DNA of 64,000 nucleotides, from assembly GCF_006345805.1 (NCBI RefSeq), contig NC_043019.1, positions 27,217,360 to 27,281,359 on the forward strand. The letters are read 5' to 3'. The stretch is from Octopus sinensis (Eukaryota). Below the pieces are notes generated by a model. That model saw nothing but the letters and a program-made list of their open reading frames with translations, was not told where the DNA came from and searched no databases. Position numbers and translations under genes: made by a program. Positions 50,891-62,934 of this stretch are shown here, piece by piece (position 1 is the stretch's first letter; each line of letters opens with the position of its first letter).

Positions 50891-51099
50891 TGATTATTAT
50901 TATTATTATTATATTTGTACATCAACCAAATCAGAAAAAATCCAATAATGGAAAAGTAATGCCTTAAATCAATCCAAAAATGTTTCTATGCTCATTGGTT
51001 TTAACCATGAAGTTTTTCAGGAGGACATTCAAAGCATCTGCATTGACTCCTGCACCCAAGCCTATGTTTCTGACTTCTACCACCATTTATATTTTTCAG

Positions 51100-51276
51100 T
51101 GACCCCTACATGGTTAGTATTTACACGGCTGTTTGAAGTTGCTGGGGCAGGGTTCGGTATCCTGCTCATTGCCATCATGCTGATGTGGTTAGTGTTGCTG
51201 GGACCGATGAGGACCAAACATCTTGTAATTGCCAGAAAACTAGGACTGGTCTCCTCCTTCTTGCAAATTATCACAG
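51100..51276 (+). CDS. Claudin/PMP22-like protein, coding exon 2 (TM2, intracellular loop, start of TM3)
   Basis: Acceptor ATTTTTCAG| at 51099, donor ACAG|GTCAGT after 51276; 177 nt, phase 1-1. Joins exon 1 in frame (A+TG): MTPTWLVFTRLFEVAGAGFGILLIAIMLMWLVLLGPMRTKHLVIARKLGLVSSFLQIIT. Confidence 0.85.
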
Positions 51277-51612
51277 GTCAGTACCTCTCTCTTTCTCATT
51301 TTCTTTATCCATATATATATAGTAAATAAAATTTTATTTACTAAAATAAGTCAGAAAAAATGGTCCAGGAAAGAAATGGTAAATGTTTTTATATTTCATT
51401 CCCTTCGAGAATTTATCCCTAATGAGTGGTTTGGATTTTAGCTGTTCTTTCTAGCGTAAAGGATTCCTATGATGGAAACCTCTTAATGTGTTTAAATGTA
51501 CACTGTATTCTATATGAATAATATTTAGTCTATTGACTAATTTTTCTATACGCTAGGCCACTAGTAGTAAAAATTTCTAAAATCTTTATTACCCTGTTAT
51601 TATTACTTATAT

Positions 51613-51647
<35 letters not shown>

Positions 51648-51733
51648 CATGCATATATATATACATATGCATATATATATATACACACACACACACATAC
51701 ATATACATACATATGTATATGCATATATATATG

Positions 51734-51777
<44 letters not shown>

Positions 51778-52096
51778 ATATATACATGTCAGAAATATTA
51801 AATTTCTAAATATCTCATAGAGATATGTACGGTGGTGGGGCGATATAATGGTTGTATACTGTCAACTCAACGTGACAGTAGGGGATTACACCACTGCTGT
51901 TTAGCCCTAGGGAACATCGATGCTTCCTGTCGGCTTCGACACACTTACTGTGTCCTTATATATTTACGAAGGGGAGACAAATGTCTTCGTGCGGAAATTT
52001 GTATGTATATTTTAAAATTATAAGTATATGAAAGAATGGGCTCCTTGAGAGCAGTCAGCTAAAAGTTTTTTGTGCATTTTGATGTCGACATAAGTT

Positions 52097-52191
52097 CCTT
52101 GATTTTCCTGATGAGAAATCTGCATAATGTACTCCTTATTCCTTCGGAATTAGGAATATGCAGCCTTCGAAACATATGTCGAGAATAAAGG
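52097..52191 (+). ncRNA. Type I hammerhead ribozyme motif with intact core
   Basis: Stem I CCTTGATTTTC (52097-107) / GAGAATAAAGG (52181-91); CTGATGA 52108-14; long stem II (CTGCATA/TATGCAG, apical CTTCGG); GAAA 52169-72; palindromic stem III ACATATGT; GTC cleavage triplet 52178-80. Confidence 0.8.
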
Positions 52192-52897
52192 ATATTTGTT
52201 AACTAGTCGTTCAACTCCATTCTTTCACATACTTATAATTTTAATATATATATATATATATATAAGCTGCTTCTCTAACTAAGAAATAAATCTCATTGAA
52301 ATGTAGCAATTTAGATAACATGACAGCACTTGCATATTTTGAAAGTTCTACTTACAATTAAATATTGAGAATTGTGGTTAGCTGGTTGCATTCCTTGTCT
52401 AAAAAGATTAGCTTTTCAAGACAGCTACTTTAAACAGTTAGGATCATAATCAGGTGTGCCAATTTTGAGGTAAAGATTTATGATCCGATTCTAGCAGGTT
52501 TAAGTTTAATGGTATTGATTTCCTCTATAATCTTTGTTAATTCCCAGGTGTAGAGTTGAACACAAGTTATGTGTTCAGCTTCTTCTCATCCAATGTGCCA
52601 CTGACTCCTGCCACATGATTCTTGTCTCCATCTATATCATGTTTCAAACTATACTATCTTCCTCTCATTTGGATGGGGATCTCCTACTGAGATCCCTTTT
52701 GTTTTCTTTTTTTCAATGTACTCAACACAGGAGATTATTATATGAAATTTATATAGACTTGGGTATGGCTGTGTCGTAAGAATTTTGCTTCCCAGTCACA
52801 TGGTTCTGGGTTCAGTCCTACTGTGTGATACTATAGGCAAGTGCCTTCTACTATAGCCCCACTCCTCAACAAAAGACAAGACGGTATACAAAACTGC

Positions 52898-53124
52898 GGC
52901 GATGTGGCAGAAACGTTAGTACGCCGGGCGAAATGCTTAGCGGTATTTCGTCTGCGTTACGTTGTGAGTTCAAATTCCGCCAAGGTCGACTTTGCCTTTC
53001 ATCCTTTCGGGGTCGATAAATTAAGTACCAGTTACGCACTGGGGTCGATGTAATCGACTTAATACCTATGTCTGTCCTTGTTTGTCCGCTCTGTGTTTAG
53101 CCCCTTATGGGTAGTGAAGAAATA
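52898..53124 (+). mobile_element. SINE family C with perfect 15-bp TSD
   Basis: GGTATACAAAACTGC at 52883-97 and 53125-39. Confidence 0.9.
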
Positions 53125-53559
53125 GGTATACAAAACTGCTTTCTGCAGTAAAGGAGAATGGAATTTCAAGTGGATATATCTGATTTCTGCTGTGAAAGGG
53201 TTAAAGGCAGATCTGGCCAACCGATTTGGAATTCTTTAGTTACCCAAGTCATTATCGGGTGCTGAATGTTTCTGGAGAAGTTTATGGTACTTTGTTTTAC
53301 CCTTGAGGGTTAATAGTTATAAATGTGACAACAGAATTTGCTTAGCAGGTGGAAACTCAGATCCAACCCAGGAAGTTCAAAGCATTTTCACTGCACCTAC
53401 AAAAAATTTTAGGGGGTGCAAGTGCATCTTCTGTACCTCCTGTTCTCAAATCTATGTTAGCAGCTACTGTACAAGTAATTCTCAAAGTTTGTATGAAATG
53501 GTTTAAAGCTTCTTCAGTTTTTCTACCTCTGAGAAATATTGATGCCTATTGTGGCCAAT

Positions 53560-53965
53560 GTCGGCCAAGTGAAATCACAGTCATGACTGATACCAGTGCT
53601 GTGAGATTGGCACCCATGCCAGTGGCACATAAAAAGCACCGTTCACATGTTGGGCCTCATGGAGGCAGTGACAGGTGACCAAGACCTTTGGTGATGTACC
53701 ATGCTTGAGAATATCTGTCAAACCAAGTGAGATCATAGTCATGGCCAATGCCAGTGTCACCTCAGTGGAACCCATGCCAGTGACATGTAAAAGCACCCAC
53801 TACACTCTTGGAGTGGTCGGCATTAGGAAAGGCACCCAGCCATCGAAACCATGCCAGATCAGATTGGAATCTTGTGCAGCTCCCCGGCTTACCAGTCTTC
53901 AGTCAAACCATCCAACCCATGCCAGCATCAAAAGCAGACATTAAATGATGATGATGATGATGATG
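53560..53965 (+). mobile_element. SINE-like family B variant
   Basis: Family match with a longer 5' part. Confidence 0.75.
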
Positions 53966-54377
53966 ATCAACATCAATTTTTCTCTGTCATTTCATGTCAG
54001 TCTCTCAGGCTTCAGTTTAATGGGGTGGATTTTTTTTCTGTAGTCTTTGTCAATTTCAGTTTTATTCCCAGTACCTTTGTATGATACCCATTCATCAATA
54101 CCGAGGTATTTATAGCTTTCACATGGCAACATACTAATACAATTCATGTGAATATTTTTTATTTATAAAACACATTTTCCCAAATGCTGCTTGCAAATAT
54201 CAAATATTTACATTTCTTTTGATGAAATTTCATCTCTGTATCCTGAAAATAATCTTAAGTACACTGTTTGCCAGTATGAAATCTTAAGATGGTCATTAGC
54301 CAAGGACTTCAAAGGAAAACTGATGTTTCTGTTGTGGTCTTTGACATATAATCACTGGGTGTTACGTAAAAGAAACA

Positions 54378-54975
54378 GTAGCTGTGTGGTAAGTAGCTTG
54401 CTTCCCAACCACATGGTTCCGGGTTCAGTCCTACTGCATGGCACATTGGGCAAGTGACTTCTACTATAGCTTCGGGCCGACCAAAGCCTTGAGTGGATTT
54501 GGTAGACAGAAACTGAAAGAAGCCCGTCGTATATATGGCACGTAAAAAGCACCATCTGATCGTGGCCGTTTGCCAGCCTCGTCTGACACGTAAAACGCTC
54601 CCACTACACTCACGGAGTGGTTGGCGTTAGGAAGGGCATCCAGCCATAGAAACATTGCCAGATTAGACTGGGCTTGGTACAGCCTTCTGGCGACCCCAGT
54701 TGAACCATCCAACCCATGCTAGCATGGAAAGCGGACGCTAAACGATGATAATGATGATTGATAGTGTGTGTGTGTGTGTGCTTGTCCCCCCAACATAGCT
54801 TGACAACCGATGCTGGTGTGTTTACGGCCCTGTAACTTAGCGGTTCGGCAAAAGAGACCAATAGAATAAGTACTAGGCTTACAAAGAATAAGTCTTGGGG
54901 TCGATTTGTTCGACTAAAGGCAGTGCTCCAGCATGGCCGCAGTCAAATGACTGAAACAAGTAGAAGAAAGAAAAG
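54378..54975 (+). mobile_element. SINE family A split by a SINE B copy (about 54536-54760)
   Basis: A head 54378-54535, B body, then A 3' half from about 54770. Confidence 0.85.
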
Positions 54976-55149
54976 AAAGAAAAGCATTTGATTTAGCGCC
55001 AAAATAAACAGAAGCTCCAACTCTTTCATCACCATCATGATTCTCATTTAATGTCCATATTCTTTGCTGGCGTCTGTTGTAGATTTAGGCAGGATCCAAT
55101 GGGTCCAAGAACTGCTTCATACTCTTTTTCATTTTATTATTTTTTTTCT

Positions 55150-55562
55150 ATCTCTGTTTTAGTCATTTGACTGTGGCCATGCTGGGGCACCACACTGAAG
55201 GGTTTAGTTGAACAAATCTACCCCAGTACTTCTGTTTTTTTTTATTTTTAAGCCTGATACTTATTCTATCAGCCTCTTTTACAGAACTGCTAAGTTACAG
55301 GGATGTAGACAAACCAACACCTGTTATCAAGCAGTGGTGGGAGACTAACACATGCATAAAGACACACTTACACAACACACATATACATACATATATACAC
55401 AACAGGCTTCTTTCAGTTTCCTCTACCAAATCCACTCACAAGTCTTTGGTTGGCTCAGGGCCATAGTAGAAGATACTTGCCCAAGGTGCCAAGCAGTGAG
55501 AGTGAACCTGGAATCATGTAGTTGGGAAGCAGGCTTCTTACCACACAGCCACACCTGTGCCT
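55150..55562 (-). mobile_element. SINE family A, older copy
   Basis: Diverged family match. Confidence 0.75.
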
Positions 55563-56007
55563 ACCTTTTGCATGGTTTCTATGGCTGGATACCTTTCCAA
55601 ACACCAACTACTTTACACCATCTACTGGAGGATTTTGGGGAGTGGTCATGGAGGGGTCCACTATCTCTAGTGAAGTCGTCATGCAGCATACAAGACTGCA
55701 AACCCAAAGTGGGAGGGAGGTTTATACTACGAGATGAAGGATTAAAATATGTGAGTCCTTTCAAAAGATTTACATTATTTACATTATTTACATTTGACAG
55801 ACATTTGTCCTCATCTTGTTTGTTGTTGACAGGAGCCGGCCAGGTAGATAACTACCCCAGGCTCCTGGGTGTGTTTTGGTAGGGTTTTTTACAGCTGGAT
55901 GCCCTTCCTAACACCAACCACTTTGCAAGTATATCAGCCGAAACATTGTGTTAACAACAGACAGGATGAGGACAAATATCCATCAAATGTAAATAATTCC
56001 TCATCTC

Positions 56008-56234
56008 TTAACCCTTTAGCATTCAGATTATTCTGTCAAAGGTAACACTTTTTCATTCAAATTGTTTTTAATTAATCCTGCATTATTTTGCAGCTTTGAA
56101 ATTTTGATGATGTGACTGTATATTTTATAATGGCATTGAAGGGTAGGTGTGATAGGCTTGATCTGGACAGTTAGAACATAAAGCAGGAAGCATATTTGGG
56201 CCAGATATGGCTGGTTTAAATGCTAAAGGGTTAA
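56008..56234. mobile_element. piggyBac-like MITE
   Basis: TTAA-CCCTTTAGCATT ... AATGCTAAAGGG-TTAA. Confidence 0.85.
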
Positions 56235-56974
56235 ATATAAAACTGTAGATTTAATATCAGTCGTGAACGTATTAATTTCAGTTTACAAGGGTGAGGATAG
56301 TTGTCATGGTTTTCACGAGCTTTTGAACGGCAGCCGTTGAACCAACAGATACCGGACTGCCATGAGTTCAGACTTAAAAGTCAAACACCTAATCAAGTTA
56401 CATTGACACAACAAGGTTGTTGCTGTGTTTGTTTGATTCTTTTTCTCATTTTATTTTATTAATTACAAGTTGTTTAACATAGATTCCCCCACATTCTCCA
56501 CTTTCTACTTGTTTCACCTGCCTGTTCATCATTCACTCACCTGAATGAACTCAGAATGGCTGTTGCAGGCGTTTGGCTTTAAATAGACCACTAGTCTATA
56601 CTTGTCTGCCAAGTGGGGGTGAGGGGCTTTCATTCCTGGCTGCAAGATTTGTCTATGTAATGGCAGTTTTGTGAGCCATAGTTTTGTCATCTCTTTCTTC
56701 CTCTCCCTTTATCTCTCTCTCTCTCTCACCTGGTAACCATGTACCTCTTCTATAGCAAGACACCTGTTTTCTGTATTTGTGGGTGCTTGTGTTTATCCCC
56801 CACCACCACTTGACTACCAGTGTGGGTCTGTTTATGTCCTCATAACTTAGTGGTTCATCAAAAAGACATCAATAGAATAAATACCAGACTTTAAAAAAAG
56901 TGTCCTGGGGGTTGATTTGTTCAACTAAAGCCTTCAAAGTGGTGCCCCAGCAAGTTTGTTGAAAGATGGGTGAA

Positions 56975-57170
56975 TGTTGGAAGAATGGGTGAAATGCTTA
57001 GTGGTATTTCATCTGTCTTTACGTTCTGATTTCAAATTCTGCTGAGGTCGATTTTGCCTTTCATCCTTTCGGGGTCGATAAATTAAGTACTAGTTGCATA
57101 CTGAGGTCAATCTAATCGACTGCCCCCTCCCCCAAAATTTCGGGCCTTGTGCCAAGAATAGAAAAGGATA
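56975..57170 (+). mobile_element. SINE family C variant
   Basis: Family match. Confidence 0.75.
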
Positions 57171-57404
57171 TTTATTTTCTGAGTTTTTGTTTTTTCTTTC
57201 CACTTTATTTTTCCAGTTCAGCTTTGAGACAAGTTTTACTCTGATAAATGTAGTGATTAGGTTTTTGATGCCAATACCATTACGATGGTCGTGAGTAACC
57301 AGATTCGGCTGGTTTGAGCATAAAACTGGTAGACTATTCTGGCTGGATATGGTAAAGTATTAAGGGTGGCAAGAAGTTTGTCAGGGTAAATTTGATTACA
57401 AAAA

Positions 57405-57962
57405 TCAAAAATCAAAATCAAATTCAGACTGGCGTCCGTGCTAGCGGGGTGCAAAGAGCACCATGCGAGTGTGATCATTGACAGAGCGGCTAACCGGCTT
57501 CCATGCCAGTGGCACTTAAAAGGCACCATTTGAGCGTGATCGTTACCAGCGTCGCACTACTGGCACTCGAGCCCCATGCTAGTAGGGTATTAAGAGCACC
57601 ATCTGAGTGTGATCGTTGCCAGAGCGGCTATCTGGCCTCCGTGCTGGTGGCACGTAAAAAACACCATTCGAGCGTGATCGTTACCAGCATCGCCTTACTG
57701 GCACCCGTGCCAGTGGCATGTGTAAATGATTCGAGCGAGGTCATTGCCAGTGCTGCCTGACTGGCCCTGTGCTGGTGGCACGTAAAAAGCACCCACTACA
57801 CTCTCGGAGTGGTTGGCGTTAGGAAGGGCATCCAGCTGTAGAAACTCTGCCAGATCAAGATTGAAGCCTGGTGCAGCCATCTGGTTCGCCAGCCCTCAGT
57901 CATACGTCCAACCCATGCTAGCATGGAAAGCAGATGTTAAACGATGATGATGATGATGACGA
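57405..57962 (+). mobile_element. SINE-like family B with alternating monomer types
   Basis: GAGCACCAT..GAGTGTGATC units alternate with CACCATT.GAGCGTGATCGTTACC units. Confidence 0.82.
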
Positions 57963-58559
57963 TGAATAGTCAGGCTGATTTCAATAGATAAAGATTTACA
58001 TTATTTGTTGGGTTAACAAATGAAAGCAAGGAGTGTTCAGAAGACTTCAATGGTGATTTGACACCTGTTAGTAAATTGTAGTACATAGTGGTTTTATGTG
58101 AAACCGACAGCATTCATAACTACTAACAGTTCACTGAATTTCATTAAGTGGAATAGAGGTTCCATCCCAGTGCTCCTCAAACTAGGCCACTGCCCTCGTG
58201 GGTAAGTGTGGGAAGGAGTGGTAAAGGTGGTTAAATATATTGTCTTTTGTGTCATGGGGACAATGTTGTTTTTGTATGCTGCGCATGCATGAATGAATGA
58301 ACGCATGTGTATGGCTGTGTGCTATTCAGTATGTGTAGGTTGCACATGTCAGCTTAGATTTCCAAGCTTGCATAGGATTTTGTATCTTATTTAAGTGTAA
58401 AGAAAAACGTCAAAAAATGTTATATAATATAAAATAGGTGTAATAAAATACACACACTGACAGGAGAGAGAGAGAGTAACAGATTGACAGAGAGATAGAC
58501 ATAGTCATGTATCTTACTTATGTCTGTTGGTTTGTCTAGCAGAAACTGATGAAGACAGT

Positions 58560-58960
58560 ATAACATCTACTCACAAAAGGATGGAGACAAAGTCTTCCTT
58601 CGTCAGAAGTATATCAAACTTCCCAGAATTTACTGAGAGGAGTCCTCTCAACAGAAAAAGGCAGAAGTTATATGGAACTATTTGCAGTACCTTTAAATCT
58701 GATGTCTCAGCCAAAACACTTACTGAAACTATTCGACACATCAGTGACTATACACATGTTTCCTGGTTAATGGGTCAGAGAATGAAATACAAGAGTGAGG
58801 ATAAGAGACATCAGAAACGATATAGAGCTATGGTTAGCATTATTTTATTGCGATGCAGGAGAGAGGTCAAAACTGGGTTAAGGTGACATGTTGTCAGGGG
58901 ACATCAAAATAGAGGAACAGATCCTAATGATACCTAAAGGCCACAGAGCCATGCTGGAAT
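58560..58960 (+). mobile_element. Probable RTE-like LINE relic
   Basis: Across frames: KLY..., TRVRIRDI, LR*HVVR, ILMIPKG.R, resembling an RTE C-terminus. Confidence 0.38.
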
Positions 58961-59376
58961 TGTGCCCAGTAGAAGGTGCTGAGATATATGGCCCGAGATT
59001 AACCTGGCTGTATCTAACCCAACTATCTGGTCTGTTTTATGTTCAAACTGGCCAGATCTAGCTTCTCGTGCTGACCCTACAATGTCATTCTGAAAATTAA
59101 TAATCAAATCATCAAAACCTCGAAGCTACAAGATAATGGACGAATGGTTCAAGACAATGTGAATGAATAAACTTTACATTTAATCTCAATGCTAAAGGGT
59201 AATATTTCTCACAAGTTAGGGTTCTGACGTGCTGATAAGGTGTTTTTGGTAACATGTTTTACCCTAGTGAAAAAGCTACAAGACATTGCATGATTGATTC
59301 AAAACAATGTGAATAAATAAGCATTACATTGGACAAAAATAATCTGAATGCGAAAGGGTTTATCCTTTTGCTACTC

Positions 59377-59766
59377 TTTACTCTTTTACTTGTTTCAGTC
59401 ATTTGACTGCAGCCATGCTGGAGCACCGCCTTTAGTAGAGCAAATCGACCCCAGGACTTATTCTTTGTAAATCCAGTACTTATTCTATCGGGTGCTTTTG
59501 CTGAACTGCTAAGTGACGGCGACGTAAACACACCAGCATCAGTTGTCAAGCAATGCTAGGGGGACAAAGACACACACATACACATATATATATACATATA
59601 TACGACAGGCTTCTTTCAGTTTCCGTCTACCAAATCCACTCACAAGGCTTTGGTCAGCCCGAGGCTATAGTAGAAGACACTTGCCCAAGATGCCACACAG
59701 TGGGACTGAACCTGGAACTATGTGGTTGGTAAGCAAGCTACTTACCACACAGCCACTCCTGCGCCT
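59377..59766 (-). mobile_element. SINE family A, full length
   Basis: Family match. Confidence 0.9.
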
Positions 59767-59789
59767 CCTGTTACTGTATTTTTTCAAAT

Positions 59790-60100
59790 AATTTCAAAAA
59801 TACTGAAGAATATAGTAAAATAATTTGTCATTATTGAACTGATTTTTTTTTTAACATAGGTGGGGGCATATGCTGTTTCAGCATATTGCTGCATTCATTA
59901 TTTGTTGGTATTTTCTTGGGTCCTCCCAGGTGACCCATCAAGCAGATTCCCAATCAGTCCCCATCTCTGAGAGACACCTCTTCATCTGCTTTGACCATGT
60001 AGCTTGTGAGCAACCAACACAAGCTGTCAACCCAGCCAGATCCACAGTGAAGAGAACACAGTAAGCAGGGCCCAACTCAGAAAATCAAGTGACATGGTCA
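59790..60100 (-). mobile_element. Probable LINE AP-endonuclease relic
   Basis: TAYAPT...DKLFYYILQ resembles (S)AYAPT...KDxFYxxLQ. Confidence 0.45.
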
Positions 60101-60184
60101 AATTGTCTGAGCTGGCATTCCCAAATCATACAAGCAACAGAACATGTCCTAAATTCCGAGTAGTCATTGATACAAAATCCAATA

Positions 60185-60605
60185 GGCGCAGGAGTGGCTG
60201 TGTGGTAAGTAGCTTGCTAACCAACCACATGGTTCCGGGTTCAGTCCCACTGCATGGCACCTTGGGCAAGTGTCTTCTACTATGGCCTCGGGCCTACCAA
60301 AGCCTTGTGAGTGGATTTGGTAGGCGGAAACTGAAAGAAGCCCGTTGTATATATGTATATATATATATATGTATGTGTGTGTGTTTGTGTGTCTGTGTTT
60401 GTCCCCCTAGCATTGCTTGACAACCGATGCTGGTGTGTTTATGTCCTCGTCACTTAGCGGTTCGGCAAAAAGAAACCGATAGAATAAGTACTGGGCTTTC
60501 AAAGAATAAGTCCCAGGGTCGAGTTGCTCGATTAAAGGCGGTGCTCCAGCATGGCCGCAGTCAAATGACTGAAACAAGTAAAAAGAAAAAGAAAAAGAAA
60601 AGAAT
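60185..60605 (+). mobile_element. SINE family A, full length
   Basis: Family match. Confidence 0.9.
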
Positions 60606-61094
60606 GATAATCCATTATCCTGCAAAACATCCTGATACCATTGAATGTAAATTGGTGTAAAATTTTAATGAGAAATTTTGAGATCACTTTAAAACAGGAA
60701 GCTTGTATCAGAACCAGGGACAGTTTCAGGTAGATGGCAACAAAAGGGTTAGAAATAGGGAATATACCAAACCAGTTGGTGAACTTCTGTATACTCACTG
60801 GGGCTAGTTATTCCCTGTGGAGGGAGTCTATAAAAGAGTCACTGGAATTTGTCAGAGAAATCTTAACATCCTAAACAAGGATGTATACATTGGAAAAATG
60901 TAGTCCCTGATAGACAAAAAGATGGGATGGTCACAACTGGAATGCCTTTGGTATTAGGTCTACTGGGTCAGGGCTGACCTGAGGCTGAACAACATCAGCA
61001 GCAATGCTGGCCTCACGAGCTGAGTCAACTTTTACACAGTGAAACTCTGCCTACCCAACAATGACCTCCCACTTTAATCTTTTATTTTTTTGTT

Positions 61095-61470
61095 GTATAC
61101 TTGTTTCAGTCATTAGATTGAGGCCATGCTGGGGCACTGCCTCGAAGAATTTTTAGTTGAATGAATCAACCCCAGTACCTATTTTTTAATCCTGGTACTT
61201 ATTCTATTGGTCTCTTTTGCTGAACCACTAAGTTGCAAGGACATAAACATGCCAACACTGGTTGCCAAGCAGTGACGAAGGCTAAACATGGACACAGACA
61301 CATACAAATTTATATATATATACATACACACACACATACATATGATGGGCTTTTCCCAGTTTTCCTCTACCAAATCCATTCACAAGGCTTTGGTTGGCTC
61401 AAGGTGCTACAATAGTGGGACTGAACCCAGAACCATGTGGTTGGGAAGCAAACTTCTTACCACACAGCCA
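61095..61470 (-). mobile_element. SINE family A, older copy
   Basis: Diverged family match. Confidence 0.75.
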
Positions 61471-61949
61471 TACCAGAATGAATAATTTGGATATTAACAG
61501 AAATAATATTATTTCTGTCTTAGGCCAAGGCCACAAATTTAGGAGTAAAAAACAATTAATTTAACCCTAGTACTTCACTGAAGGATAAAGAATGAAGTTG
61601 GCCTTGGCGGGATTTGAACTTAGTAGCTAAAGTAATGTAATAGCTTCTCTAACCCACAAGCCATTTAGACTTGTATCATTACATTTCTCCCATTCCACTG
61701 CCCTTGTTACTGCTCTGTTTCATTATTTATTGATAAATTATTGATACATATTGATGTTTATTGATATAACAGACATATTTTATGCTTGGTTAACTCACTT
61801 GAGTCAGCAACAGCTTTTCTTTTCCTTAGCACACAAGGATTTTAATATTGAATAGATTGTTACCTAGCAACCATTATTGTCTACTGAGATATTTGATACC
61901 TCACTTCCGCAATATCGTTATATCTTTTCTAACACTGAAAATTTAAAAG

Positions 61950-62560
61950 ACAAAAAAAATTTTTTTTATTGCTCTATAAAGTTTATCTGTAGACAAAGAA
62001 AAGGCTTGGGGAAGAACTGCCATGAAATGTCCATGGTTTGTTTCTCGATTTCCAAATGTACTTAGAAGTTACTGTGGAGTTTTCTCGTTGGCAATAATTG
62101 AATTAGTTATTAAGCTAGTGCAGGAAACTTCTGAAAGCGTGTTCTGCAAGCGCTCTGTAATTTCTTGATGTGTTTCTGATGGTGGGGAAAGACATCAGCA
62201 CCGTAGTATACAATGCTTTTCTTTTAGTGATGCTCTTTAGGAGATGACATTCTTATTTATTTAGCAGTTGCATGCCAGCACCATTTGCTTGCAATATTTT
62301 TGCATTGTGATTCATAATGACACAAAACATCTTTTCCACATAGCTGCAGTTCATTTTAATGCTGTTTTTATTGAGCACTTAGTAGAATGTTTTGTAACAC
62401 ATATGTTGTAAGGTGAGTTATATCATATAACATTTCTGTTGCCTGTGTTTTAGGGTAAGTTGGTAGATAGTGTTGGTGGAATGGTTATTCGTGTCAGTTG
62501 CTTGATAGCATGTCTTGTTGAAAGTTGTTTTGTCAGAAAATAATGCATTTAACCTCTCAA
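61950..62560 (-). mobile_element. RTE/BovB-like LINE relic
   Basis: SIVYYGADVFPHHQKHIKKLQ resembles LLYGxETWxxxxxHIxxLE. Confidence 0.5.
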
Positions 62561-62685
62561 TACTTAATAAACATTCACCATGTATACCGCATAGTAGTTT
62601 TCTGGCACAACACCAATTCTATCATCCACCACAAAAACAACATTGTTAATAATAGTGGTTTCAAAGGCGGCGAGCTGATAGAATT

Positions 62686-62895
62686 GTTAGCATGCCAGGC
62701 GAAATGCTTAACAGTATTTCGTCTGCCACTATGTTCTGAGTTCAAATTCCACCAAGGTTAACTTTGCCTTTCATCTTTTCAGGGTCGATTAAATAAGTAC
62801 CAGTTATGCACTGGGGTCGATGTAATCGACTTAATCCCTTTGTCTGTCCTTGTTTGTCCACTCTATGTTTAGCGCCTTGTGGACAATAAAGAATG
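62686..62895 (+). mobile_element. SINE family C
   Basis: Family match. Confidence 0.85.
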
Positions 62896-62934
62896 AAATA
62901 ATAATGGTTTCATGGAGTTAACGGTATCTTTCAT

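Noticed and set aside
52548-52618. Candidate exon 3 after TTCCCAG (GVELNTSYVFSFFSSNVPLTPAT*)
   Set aside because: In-phase stop after 23 codons; no TM3/TM4 pattern.
54009-54043. Candidate exon 3 (GFSLMGWIFFL*)
   Set aside because: Immediate stop; hydrophobicity is explained by T-rich sequence.
58527-58886. 119-aa ORF with a NAGNAG acceptor
   Set aside because: No membrane-protein features; neighbouring frames carry RTE-like motifs.
59860-59933. Candidate claudin exon 3 (TTTTTTAACATAG| then GGGICCFSILLHSLFVGIFLGPPR*)
   Set aside because: Phase fits and the peptide is hydrophobic, but it stops before a TM4 and the opposite strand reads AYAPT...DKLFY..LQ, a LINE endonuclease motif. Not excluded without RNA-seq.
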